Below are positions 1 to 8,301 of a stretch of DNA of 64,000 nt, piece by piece (position 1 is the first letter of the stretch; the number at the start of each line of letters is the position of its first letter). Source of the DNA: Parvularcula sp. (GTDB taxonomy: Bacteria > Pseudomonadota > Alphaproteobacteria > Caulobacterales > Parvularculaceae); the NCBI GenBank assembly GCA_002704915.1, contig PAIP01000034.1, positions 5,827 through 69,826 of the forward strand, in the 5' to 3' direction. The notes under the pieces are model-generated. The model was not told the DNA's origin. It saw only the letters and a program-made list of their open reading frames with translations, and did not search any database. The translations under genes and the position numbers were made by a program.

Positions 1-950
1 TCGGCGATCATCTTGGCGAGGTCGCGCACCCGGTGGGTCTCGGTCATCTGATTGAGGATCCGCACCCGCTCTCCATGCTGCGGCGGGGTTTCGATGGCGA
101 GCTCGATGCACTTCACCGTATCCTGAATATGAATGAAGGCCCGGGTCTGACCGCCGGTTCCGTGAACCGTCATGGGGAAGCCGACGGCGGCCTGCATCAG
201 GAAGCGGTTCAGCACCGTGCCGTAATCGCCGTCATAATCGAAGCGGTTGATCAGACGTTCGTCTTTTTTCGTTTCTTCCGTTTGCGTGCCCCAGACGATG
301 CCCTGGTGAAGATCGGTGATCTTCAGTCCGTCATTCTTATTGTAGAAGGCGAATAGGAGCTGGTCCTGGGTTTTGGTCATGTGATAGATCGAGCCGGGAT
401 TGGCGGGATAGAGAATTTCCTGGCGGATCTCCTGTCCGTCATCGGTCTCGATCTTCACCGGCAGGTAGCCTTCGGGAATTTTCATCCCCGCCGTGCCATA
501 GCCATAAACGCCCATGGTGCCCAAATGCACGAGATGAGCGTCGACGCCTGACTCGACAATCGCGGCGAGCACGTTGTTGGTGGCGTTGAGGTTGTTATCG
601 ACCGTATAGCGCTTGTGATAGGACGACTTCATGGAATAGGGGGCGGCGCGCTGTTCGGCGAAATGAACAATGGCGTCGGGCTCGAAATCCTTGATCAGGT
701 TCATCAGCCGCGCATAGTTCTTGGCCGCGTCGATATTCTCGAACATGATGCGCCGGCCGGAGACTTCCTCCCACGCCTTGAGGCGGGTCGAGACCGGCTG
801 AATCGGGGTGAGCGATTCGACCTCGAGCTCGATGTCGATCTTGCGGCGGGATAGATTGTCCACAATCACCACGTCATGGCCCACATTTGACAGATGCAGC
901 GCCGTCGGCCAGCCGCAAAACCCGTCGCCCCCAATCACCAGGATCTTCAT
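1..950 (-). CDS. sqdB: UDP-sulfoquinovose synthase (about 316 N-terminal codons; 3' end is off the window)
   Basis: My own minus-strand translation from the ATG at 950 gives MKILVIGGDGFCGWPTALHLSNVGHDVVIVDNLSRRKIDIELEVESLTPI...FAEQRAAPYSM...LGTMGVYGYG. It is collinear with the SQD1/SqdB family. It is absent from the ORF track because it runs off the edge. Confidence 0.85.
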   Translation of the reverse strand, partial: MKILVIGGDGFCGWPTALHLSNVGHDVVIVDNLSRRKIDIELEVESLTPIQPVSTRLKAWEEVSGRRIMFENIDAAKNYARLMNLIKDFEPDAIVHFAEQRAAPYSMKSSYHKRYTVDNNLNATNNVLAAIVESGVDAHLVHLGTMGVYGYGTAGMKIPEGYLPVKIETDDGQEIRQEILYPANPGSIYHMTKTQDQLLFAFYNKNDGLKITDLHQGIVWGTQTEETKKDERLINRFDYDGDYGTVLNRFLMQAAVGFPMTVHGTGGQTRAFIHIQDTVKCIELAIETPPQHGERVRILNQMTETHRVRDLAKMIA

Positions 951-1231
951 ATCGTTTCTCACTTGCCTCGAAATCTTCTGTTCTCGCCACGCATCAAAGC
1001 CCCCGCTGAGGCCTTTGCGAGGCGGTTTCCAGCCCTCTTAGAGCCCCCTCCCGTTTGGGGCAAGGGCGAGGTCAAACAGGGGCTTGAGACGGCGGGCAAG
1101 GAGGGCGCGCGAAGGCGGGAGATTGCGTACCGGCCGAACCCCCGCTAGCTTTTGCTGCGGTGCGGGGGCGCAGGTGCGCCGCCGTGCGAAAAGAAGCGAC
1201 AAGGAACGCGCTTTTGGTCGATGTAGAAGAC

Positions 1232-1912
1232 ATGCTGGAGGCGCTGAATGCGCGCTATGAGGGCGGCGACGCCGCGGCGATCATCGATCACGCTGTCCAT
1301 GAAGCATTTCCAGGCCGCATCGCCTTCGTCTCCTCATTCGGCGCGGAATCGGCCGTGCTTCTTCATTTGATGGCGTCGGTCGATCCGGCGGTTCCGGTCC
1401 TCTTCCTCGACACCAACAAGTTGTTCGGCGAGACAGTGCGCTATCGCTCACGGCTGCAACATCATCTCGGGCTCGAGGACGTCCGCGTCATCGGTCCGCG
1501 CAAGGCTGACCTTGAGCGCGAGGACCCGCAAGGAACGCTTTCCATGAAAGATCCGGACGAATGCTGCCGCCTGAGGAAGACCGAGCCTTTGACCCGGTCT
1601 CTCAAAGGCTTCGACTGCTGGGCGACGGGCCGCAAGCGTCATCAGACGACATTTCGCAAAGAGATGGAGGTTGTTGAACATGACGGCCAGCATTACAAGC
1701 TGAACCCGCTCGCCTCGTGGACCCGGACCGATATCCGCGATTACTTCGCCGCCATGAAACTGCCAGAACACCCCCTTGTGCGTCAGGGCTATTTCTCCAT
1801 CGGCTGCATGCCATGCACATCGAAAGTCGAGGATGAAGACGATGCCCGCTCGGGGCGCTGGGCGGGACAGGCGAAAACCGAATGCGGCATCCACACGGCG
1901 AAGAAAGAATAA
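1232..1912 (+). CDS. cysH: APS/PAPS reductase (thioredoxin-dependent, Fe-S type)
   Basis: ORF 1160..1912 carries a CC pair (DECCRLRKTEPL), the GCMPCT motif and the C-terminal KTECGIH motif typical of CysH-type reductases. The start is uncertain: ATG 1232 is preferred, GTG 1160 is possible. Confidence 0.85.
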   Translation: MLEALNARYEGGDAAAIIDHAVHEAFPGRIAFVSSFGAESAVLLHLMASVDPAVPVLFLDTNKLFGETVRYRSRLQHHLGLEDVRVIGPRKADLEREDPQGTLSMKDPDECCRLRKTEPLTRSLKGFDCWATGRKRHQTTFRKEMEVVEHDGQHYKLNPLASWTRTDIRDYFAAMKLPEHPLVRQGYFSIGCMPCTSKVEDEDDARSGRWAGQAKTECGIHTAKKE

Positions 1913-1915
1913 GCG

Positions 1916-2782
1916 CTATTCGCTCGCCAGACGCAGCAAATACTGACCGTACTGGTTTTTCTTCAAAGGCTCGGCAAGCGCTTTTAACTGATTGCGATCG
2001 ATGAAGCCGGAGCGATAGGCGATTTCTTCCGGGCAGGATACTTTCAAGCCTTGGCGAGCCTCGATTGTCTGAACGAAATGCGCCGCTTCGAGAAGCGATT
2101 CATGCGTCCCGGTGTCGAGCCAGGCGAAGCCGCGTCCCAGCATCTGAACGCGAAGCGCACCGTCATTCATATACATTTCATTGAGCGTTGTAATCTCTAG
2201 CTCGCCGCGGGCGGAGGGTTTCACCTGTTTGGCGCGCTCGACCACGGTTTCGTCATAGAAATAAAGTCCTGTCGCGGCGAAGTTGGATTTCGGTTTCGCC
2301 GGCTTTTCCTCGATGGAAACGGCCTTGCCATCAGCGTCGAATTCGACGACGCCATAGCGTTCCGGATCCGTGACCTGATAGGCGAAGATCTCCGCGCCGG
2401 TTTCCAGCGCGGCGGCGTCGCGAAGCTGGCGGGTAAGGCCCTGCCCATAAAAAATATTGTCCCCAAGAACGAGCGCGCATTTGTCGCCGGCAATGAACTC
2501 CTCGCCGATGATGAATGCCTGGGCGAGCCCGTCCGGCGAGGGTTGTGCGGCGTAGCTGATCTTCAAACCCCAGTCGGAGCCATCGCCGAGCAGACGTTCG
2601 AAGGCTGGGCCATCTTCCGGCGTCGTGATGACAAGGATGTCGCGGATCCCAGCGAGCATGAGCACGCTCAAAGGATAATAGATCATGGGCTTGTCATAGA
2701 CCGGCGTGAGCTGTTTGGAGACGCCTTTGGTCACCGGGTAAAGCCGCGTGCCTGAGCCGCCGGCGAGAATGATCCCCTTCAT
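1916..2782 (-). CDS. rfbA: glucose-1-phosphate thymidylyltransferase
   Basis: The N-terminus [18 protein letters not shown] and the full-length match to RmlA/RfbA support the call. Confidence 0.95.
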   Translation of the reverse strand: MKGIILAGGSGTRLYPVTKGVSKQLTPVYDKPMIYYPLSVLMLAGIRDILVITTPEDGPAFERLLGDGSDWGLKISYAAQPSPDGLAQAFIIGEEFIAGDKCALVLGDNIFYGQGLTRQLRDAAALETGAEIFAYQVTDPERYGVVEFDADGKAVSIEEKPAKPKSNFAATGLYFYDETVVERAKQVKPSARGELEITTLNEMYMNDGALRVQMLGRGFAWLDTGTHESLLEAAHFVQTIEARQGLKVSCPEEIAYRSGFIDRNQLKALAEPLKKNQYGQYLLRLASE

Positions 2783-3645
2783 TGCGCGTGTCCTTCTTGT
2801 TTCAATGCAGCGATGACGCGGCGCAGTTCCTGACGCCAGTCCGGCTGGCCTACGCCGAATTCGCGCTCGATCTTGGCGCAGTCGAGCATGGTGTTCAGCG
2901 GCCGTTTCGCAGGCGTTGGATAATCTTCGGTTTTGATGTGCGAAACCTTTACGGGAAGCTCGGCTATCTCGAAAATTTTCTCCGCGAAGCTGGCCCAGCT
3001 GACCGCCGGCGCCGACTGAAAGTGATAAACGCCCGCGCCCGGCGCGCCGCGATGTTTCTTGCCCGCGATTGCCATGATGGCCCGGGCGATATCGGCGGCG
3101 GCGGTGGGTCCGCCAATCTGGTCGGCGACGATGGAGAGCGCATCGCGTTCTCCCGCAAGACGCAGCATGGTTTTGACAAAATTCGCGCCATATTCGGAGA
3201 ACACCCAGGAGGTGCGCAGGATGACGGCGCTGAAATTGGCTTTCAGCACAGCCCGCTCGCCTTCCAGCTTCGTGCGGCCATAAACATTCAACGGATTGAC
3301 GGGCGCCTGTTCATCGAGACGGCCTTCGGTAGCGCCGTCGAAAACATAATCGGTGGAGATGTGTATGAAGGGAACGCCGGCTTCCGCCGCGGCGGCGGCC
3401 ATTTCTTCAGGCGCTTCGCAGTTGAGGCGTCTGGCAGCGCCTTCATCGCTTTCCGCGTTGTCGACGGCAGTGTAGGCGGCGGCGTTGATGACGATTCCGG
3501 GCTTTTGAGTTGCGATGGCGTCCCGCGCCGCGCCGGGGCGCATCAAGTCGGCTTCGTCGCGGCCAAGCGTGACGACAGCATCGCCGCCGATGTCTTTCAG
3601 CGCGCGCGCGACCTGTCCGTTTCTGCCAAAAACCAGCATGCGCAT
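2779..3645 (-). CDS. rfbD: dTDP-4-dehydrorhamnose reductase
   Basis: A 288-aa protein with an RmlD-like layout (STDYVFDG motif). Its stop overlaps the rfbA start by 4 nt. Confidence 0.9.
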   Translation of the reverse strand: MRMLVFGRNGQVARALKDIGGDAVVTLGRDEADLMRPGAARDAIATQKPGIVINAAAYTAVDNAESDEGAARRLNCEAPEEMAAAAAEAGVPFIHISTDYVFDGATEGRLDEQAPVNPLNVYGRTKLEGERAVLKANFSAVILRTSWVFSEYGANFVKTMLRLAGERDALSIVADQIGGPTAAADIARAIMAIAGKKHRGAPGAGVYHFQSAPAVSWASFAEKIFEIAELPVKVSHIKTEDYPTPAKRPLNTMLDCAKIEREFGVGQPDWRQELRRVIAALKQEGHAQ

Positions 3646-3676
3646 GGATGCGCCTCGCCCTTCTGATGCGTATTGC

Positions 3677-4732
3677 TTACGCGCTTTGTTTCAGACCCTG
3701 CCGCTTAGCGGTGTCGAAGCCGCGCTGGCGGATCTTTTCCCACCAGTCGCGATTGTCGAGATACCATTTCACCGTGTCACGCATGCCTTCCTCGATCGTG
3801 TGCGCCGGTGTCCAGCCGAGTTCGCGTTCGATCTTGTCGCAATTAATGGCGTAACGCTGATCATGGCCGGGGCGGTCCGCGACGAAGTTGATCAGGCCTT
3901 CATGCGGCGCGTGGTTTGAGTCCTTTAGTTCTTCGTCGAGCACTTTGCAGATCGTCTTGACGAGATCGAGATTGGTGCGTTCCGCGCGCCCGCCGACATT
4001 GTAGGTTTCGCCGGGCTTGCCGTCGCGCGCCACAAGAAGCAGCGCTTCGGCGTGGTCTTCCACATGCAGCCAGTCGCGGATCTGGTCGCCCTTGCCGTAA
4101 ATGGGAATGTCTTTCCCTTCGAGCGCGTTGATGATGACCACCGGAATCAGTTTCTCCGGAAACTGGTAAGGTCCATAATTATTGGAACAGTTAGTGACGA
4201 TGACCGGCAGGTCGAACGTCTCGCGCCATGCCCGCGCCAGCATGTCGGATGACGCTTTGGCGGCGGAGTAGGGCGAATTGGGCTGATAGGGCGAGGTTTC
4301 TGTGAATTCGCCTGTGGGGCCCAGCGATCCGTAGACTTCATCCGTGGAGATATGGTGGAACCGGAAGTCCTTCGGCGCGCCGCCATTTGCGACATAACCT
4401 CTTGCAGCTTCGAGCAGCGCATAGGTTCCGATGATGTTGGTCTGGATGAAGGCGCCAGGACCGTCAATGGATCTGTCCACATGCGTCTCCGCGGCGAGGT
4501 TCATCACCGCGTCTGGTTTGAATTCGTTCATCAGGCGCGACATGGCGTCAAAGTCGCAGATGTCTTCCTGCGCGAAGCGATATCGCGGATTGTCGGCGAC
4601 CATGGCCACATTATCCGGATTGGCCGCATAAGTGAGCTTATCCACATTGAGGACATCGTCGCCCCGCTCAATCGCGCGGCGGACAACCGCCGATCCGATA
4701 AAGCCGGCGCCGCCGGTAACCATAAGCCTCAT
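3677..4732 (-). CDS. rfbB: dTDP-glucose 4,6-dehydratase
   Basis: [14 protein letters not shown] Rossmann fold, the YSAAKASSD catalytic motif and RmlB length. Confidence 0.95.
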   Translation of the reverse strand: MRLMVTGGAGFIGSAVVRRAIERGDDVLNVDKLTYAANPDNVAMVADNPRYRFAQEDICDFDAMSRLMNEFKPDAVMNLAAETHVDRSIDGPGAFIQTNIIGTYALLEAARGYVANGGAPKDFRFHHISTDEVYGSLGPTGEFTETSPYQPNSPYSAAKASSDMLARAWRETFDLPVIVTNCSNNYGPYQFPEKLIPVVIINALEGKDIPIYGKGDQIRDWLHVEDHAEALLLVARDGKPGETYNVGGRAERTNLDLVKTICKVLDEELKDSNHAPHEGLINFVADRPGHDQRYAINCDKIERELGWTPAHTIEEGMRDTVKWYLDNRDWWEKIRQRGFDTAKRQGLKQSA

Positions 4733-4899
4733 CTGTCTCTCCTTGCCGTCCTTTTGCGGGTGTCCTCAGCGGCATCTTGCGCGTAGAGCAGCAAGAATTG
4801 CGCCGCAAAGGTTCCCCTCACGGGTGTCTAACACGGCTCGGGGCAGTTTGAAGCAATCGCCGGGTAAAAAGGGGTTAACACCGTCGGGTGCATGCGGGC

Positions 4900-5643
4900 T
4901 TAGCCAGCCACGGCGGTGTAAAGGTTGAACAGGCTGAGCCCGCAGATGACGACGCCAACCAAGGCGGTGAGCGTTCGCCTCGGCAAGCGTTTGGCTGCAA
5001 TCGCGGCGAGCGGGGCTGCAACCACACCTCCAATAACGAGGCCGAGCGCCGCTTTGCCGAAAGTCGGGCCGAGGGCCGCGAAAAAGGCGACCGAGGCGGA
5101 TATGGTGACGGCGAATTCGGCGAGGTTGACTGTTCCGACAGCGATAGCGGGTGCTGCGCCTTTCGCAAGAAGGTTTGAAACGACGACCGGTCCCCAGCCG
5201 CCTCCGCCGGATGCGTCGGCGAAGCCCCCGACAAAGCCTAAAAGGCGGACTTTCTCGATTGGCGTCGGCGCCTTTGGCGGCTTCAGCGCCTTGGAAATGA
5301 CCACAAGGCCCATAACGAACAGGTAAGCGGCGATCAGCGGTCTGGCGGCGTCGGCGTGAATAAAGCTGATAAAAAACGCGCCCAGGACTGCACCAGTTGA
5401 GCCCGCCAGCGCGAGGCGGCGGAAGAGGCGCCAGTCGATGTTTCTGGCGATGGCGTGCGATGTTCCGGAGGCGGCGGTGGTGAAAACCTCAGCCACATGG
5501 ACATTGGCGCTGGCTATAGCTGGCGGTACGCCGAGAAAAACAAGCGCGGTGGTTGAGGCGACGCCATAGGCCATGCCCAAAGCGCCGTCGATCAGTTGTG
5601 CGACAAAACCGACAGCCACGAAGGCGAAAAAAGGATCGTCCAT
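4900..5643 (-). CDS. TauE/SafE (DUF81) family sulfite/anion exporter, membrane protein
   Basis: A 247-aa, Gly/Ala-rich, multi-TM protein with the internal duplication typical of the TauE/SafE family. Confidence 0.75.
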   Translation of the reverse strand: MDDPFFAFVAVGFVAQLIDGALGMAYGVASTTALVFLGVPPAIASANVHVAEVFTTAASGTSHAIARNIDWRLFRRLALAGSTGAVLGAFFISFIHADAARPLIAAYLFVMGLVVISKALKPPKAPTPIEKVRLLGFVGGFADASGGGGWGPVVVSNLLAKGAAPAIAVGTVNLAEFAVTISASVAFFAALGPTFGKAALGLVIGGVVAAPLAAIAAKRLPRRTLTALVGVVICGLSLFNLYTAVAG

Positions 5644-6133
5644 TATCCGGAATGGTGCTGAAAAAATTTAATCTGCGGCGCCTCTTGTGAGTTTGCCGGC
5701 GCGAGCGCAAATAATTCCTACCCTGATTACCTTGCCGTCTCAAGGTTCGGCGCCTGAAGAATTCGGGGAGTTGGTTGAAGCTTCTTTAGACGCGTCCGAC
5801 AAGGGGAGGCCGCAACCGCCTCCCCTTGCGTTATTGTATGAGATTGCGCCGGCCTTCTACCGGCTGCGCGCAATCGGCGGCGGCGGCGCTTCTCTCCCCC
5901 GATGCCGCCGCCGTTTGAGCTCCGAGTTTGAATTCGTACTTCGGGCGGGTCGGCGCTTAACCCATGCGCGCGCTTGCAGGGAAAGCCGCGGGAATGGCTT
6001 GGCGCGTCGTTCTGGAAGCGGGCGCAGCCGAATTGCAGCGGGTCAAGTTGTGCCTCAGAAAAGCGTTAATGTGACGATCGAGCACATTGCTCTCGGTCGC
6101 TCGCAGGCTTTCCAGGCAAGCAAAGAATTGCAT

Positions 6134-6182
6134 GAAGTGGTGGGCGCACGTGGTTTCGAACCACGGACCTCTACCATGTCAA
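6134..6182. repeat. attL: 49-bp copy of the 3' end of tRNA-Val plus 4 flanking nt
   Basis: It is identical base for base to 16123..16171. The flanking bases differ on both sides (t6133 vs g16122; c6183 vs g16172). Confidence 0.9.
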
Positions 6183-6266
6183 CGCATGAAAAACCTAGCG
6201 AGGACAAATAGTTAGCTGTGCAACTGGAGACAACTGAGCGCATGAGAAACAAGGAGATAGCAGCAC

Positions 6267-6788
6267 ATGCGCGCCAATTGCGAGCCAGTGTCCGGCTCAA
6301 GTCATGGCAACCGTGCCAAAGTGGCAACAACCACGTTGCTGCCGTTGAGCGGCGGATGCCCGAAGCAGGTTAGTGAGAGGTGGAGGAAATATGCGAGAAC
6401 GGCGGATGCCGCCGCCGTCCTCGCGATGCCGGCCGATCACAGCTCAATTGATCTTACCTGGCGAAATGCTCCCGATCTTGTAGCCGCATTCGATGCGGTT
6501 GAGCAAGCGGGCCGCGTCCTGAATATTTTCCGGGAAACGCTCGACGGCGTGTCATCGGACAGGCGCAGCGCGCGCGAACAGTTCCGGCGCTTCCCCAAGG
6601 ATCGCGAGCGCCTGCAAACGCTGACGCGCTCGGCTGCCCATTTCTACATGGCGTTTGCCCAATCGGCGCTTGATCAGTTGACCGTCGGGCGCGTTCTTAA
6701 CATGTCTTTCGATCAGCTCGGCGAACTGATCGTCATGGCGGTCGATATTCTTGAGCACACGTCGTCGCAGGCGGTGCGCTATGGATGA
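6267..6788 (+). CDS. hypothetical protein (first gene of the island; start uncertain)
   Basis: AAGGAG lies 10 nt upstream of ATG 6267, and ATG 6426 is an alternative start. The stop overlaps the next start (ATGGATGA). I recognise no family. Confidence 0.4.
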   Translation: MRANCEPVSGSSHGNRAKVATTTLLPLSGGCPKQVSERWRKYARTADAAAVLAMPADHSSIDLTWRNAPDLVAAFDAVEQAGRVLNIFRETLDGVSSDRRSAREQFRRFPKDRERLQTLTRSAAHFYMAFAQSALDQLTVGRVLNMSFDQLGELIVMAVDILEHTSSQAVRYG

Positions 6789-7512
6789 ACTCTTTTCGAT
6801 CATCCGCGAGCCTGAATATGTGGCTTTGAAGTCCCTGTCTGCCAATGCCTGCAAGGCGCTGGTAGCGATCAAGTTTGGCCAACGTGACGGGGCGGACATT
6901 TCGTTCGGCGTTCGCGACCTTGAAGCCTTCGGTATGAAGAAAAGCGCCGCGGCTACAGCCTTGAAGGAGCTGATCGATGCCGGTTTAATCACCGTGCAAT
7001 GTGACAGCAGCTTCGGCGCGAAGCGCAAGAAAAGAGTTTGGCGCGTTGTTCACACAAGGGCCGAGAAGCCGGAATTACAGTCCGCCAGGGCGGACACGGG
7101 GAGGCGTGATAGTCCGCCACGGCGGACTATGCCCCGTCCTACAGTCCGCCAGAGCGGACAGGTTGTCGATCTACAGTCCGCCAGGGCGGACACTACTAGG
7201 AGACTTCCTTCGACTTCGTCTCAGGAAGTCGAAGGAGAAGGAAGTCGGCAACAGGCTTCGGTGAACCCGGCGCTCAGGGATCAGCAAAACGTCAGCAAGA
7301 AGGCCGCAGAGGCCCTACGCCTTTCCGAGCGAGCCTGTTGGGACCTGGCTGGAGGCCCCTCAGCCTTCGGCGAAATGGCTTGGGAATGGGAGCGGGGCGA
7401 AATCAGCACCTCCCAACTGCGGGCAAAACTCGCGGATGACGATGATGGCTCTGGAAGGGCTCCGCCCGGGACGCCCTATGTCGCCTCAGTCGCAATCGGC
7501 GGAGCATGCTGA
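6781..7512 (+). CDS. putative DNA-binding / replication-initiator-like protein containing the iteron array
   Basis: The N-terminal part (MDELFSIIREPEYVALKSLSANACKALVAIKF...LKELIDAGLITVQ) looks like a winged-helix/HTH domain. The central linker is encoded by four palindromic repeats, and the C-terminus is acidic. The function is inferred. Confidence 0.5.
   Translation: MDELFSIIREPEYVALKSLSANACKALVAIKFGQRDGADISFGVRDLEAFGMKKSAAATALKELIDAGLITVQCDSSFGAKRKKRVWRVVHTRAEKPELQSARADTGRRDSPPRRTMPRPTVRQSGQVVDLQSARADTTRRLPSTSSQEVEGEGSRQQASVNPALRDQQNVSKKAAEALRLSERACWDLAGGPSAFGEMAWEWERGEISTSQLRAKLADDDDGSGRAPPGTPYVASVAIGGAC
7080..7191. repeat. Four 16-bp dyads GTCCGCC-NN-GGCGGAC at an exact 32-bp period (candidate origin iterons or operator array)
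   Basis: The copies are at 7080-7095, 7112-7127, 7144-7159 (one arm is AGCGGAC) and 7176-7191, counted directly from the sequence. Confidence 0.7.
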
Positions 7513-7886
7513 TGGTTTGCAAACCTCCCTCATTCGCGCCCCAAAGGGCTCCTGCAAAGCGTTTCGAGATTAGCGGCGACGCGAAGCGGCCAAGTTCGTC
7601 AAAGCGCGGCTATGACCGGAAATGGCGGCTCATCCGCGCGGCGTTCCTCAAAGCGCATCCGTTCTGCGACTGCGGCGCGCGAGCTGTTGAGGCCGATCAT
7701 CAAATTCCGTTGCGGCAAGGCGGCACGCATGCCTGGAGCAACCTCCGGCCTTTGTGCAAACCGTGCCACTCGCGCAAGACCGCAACCCGCGACGGCGGCT
7801 TTGGAAATCCAAAAAAATCGCTGGGGGCTACTTCTGTTGACCGCGCCCTTAGTCAACTTCCCGTTTCCACAAAACTCATCTTTTAG
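7506..7886 (+). CDS. phage HNH endonuclease
   Basis: CDCG...ADHQIPLRQGG...NLRPLCKPCHSRKT is an HNH/zinc-finger motif. The gene sits immediately upstream of the terminase genes, as in HK97-like cos phages. Confidence 0.85.
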   Translation: MLMVCKPPSFAPQRAPAKRFEISGDAKRPSSSKRGYDRKWRLIRAAFLKAHPFCDCGARAVEADHQIPLRQGGTHAWSNLRPLCKPCHSRKTATRDGGFGNPKKSLGATSVDRALSQLPVSTKLIF

Positions 7887-7899
7887 AAGGGGTTAGGTC

Positions 7900-8301
7900 A
7901 TGAGTAGACCAAGAACGCCAAGCAATGTGCTCGATCTTCGCGGCGCCTTCGACAAGAACCCGCAACGCCGGCGGGAGGATCCGAAAGTCGAAGCCGGTCT
8001 CGGCGAAGCGCCGGACTATTTCACCGATGATGAACGCAAGGTCTGGGCGGAAATCGAACAGTCGGCGCCGGAAGGCGTGCTCTCTCGCGCTGATCGCATC
8101 GCCGTCGAGATGCTGACTGACCTGATCGTCCGATTCCGGGCGCGCCAGCCGCTCAAAGCCGCCGAGCGCAACCACATGCTCAACCTGTTGAGCCGTCTCG
8201 GCATGACCGCCGCCGACCGGAGCCGCGTCGCCAAGCCCGATGACGGCGAAGATCAGCTCGACATCTGGGATGTTCTCGGCGCCAAGGGCGGGGCCGCATG
8301 A
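7900..8301 (+). CDS. terminase small subunit (P27-family-like)
   Basis: A 133-aa protein placed between HNH and TerL. The N-terminus (PSNVLDLRGAFDKNPQRRR) and the C-terminal LGMTAADRSRV resemble P27-type TerS. It overlaps TerL by ATGA. Confidence 0.75.
   Translation: MSRPRTPSNVLDLRGAFDKNPQRRREDPKVEAGLGEAPDYFTDDERKVWAEIEQSAPEGVLSRADRIAVEMLTDLIVRFRARQPLKAAERNHMLNLLSRLGMTAADRSRVAKPDDGEDQLDIWDVLGAKGGAA

Noticed and set aside
2779-4732. The missing rfbC could be hidden as a pseudogene between rfbB and the TauE gene, or between rfbD and rfbB.
   Set aside because: The gaps (3646-3676 and 4733-4899) are too short to hold even a degraded ~180-codon epimerase. The gene is presumably elsewhere in the genome.
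5687-6211. A 174-aa + strand ORF ends with the same peptide as the integrase (VVGARGFEPRTSTMS), which could look like an integrase pseudogene or a second island.
   Set aside because: The shared peptide only reflects the duplicated 49-bp att core. The rest of the ORF has no integrase similarity and looks non-coding. No additional repeat copy supports a tandem island.
6300-6345. TGGCAAC is repeated (two direct copies plus an imperfect inverted copy GTTGCTGCC) near the left end of the island, which could be an operator.
   Set aside because: The repeats are short and imperfect, and they may lie inside the first island ORF if ATG 6267 is the true start. The evidence is not strong enough to call.
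6391-6483. A 30-codon ORF (MRERRMPPPSSRCRPITAQLILPGEMLPIL) with a strong GGAGG 4 nt upstream lies inside the first island gene, in another frame.
   Set aside because: Its composition is not protein-like, and I cannot assess conservation. It is noted because it makes the true start and frame of the first island gene (6267/6426..6788) uncertain.
7080-7191. Regularly spaced 16-bp repeats with 16-bp spacers could be mistaken for a mini CRISPR array.
   Set aside because: The repeats are too short and there are only four. The spacers are partly similar to one another. The array lies inside an ORF in a phage-like element, and there are no cas genes or leader. Iterons or operators are the better explanation.
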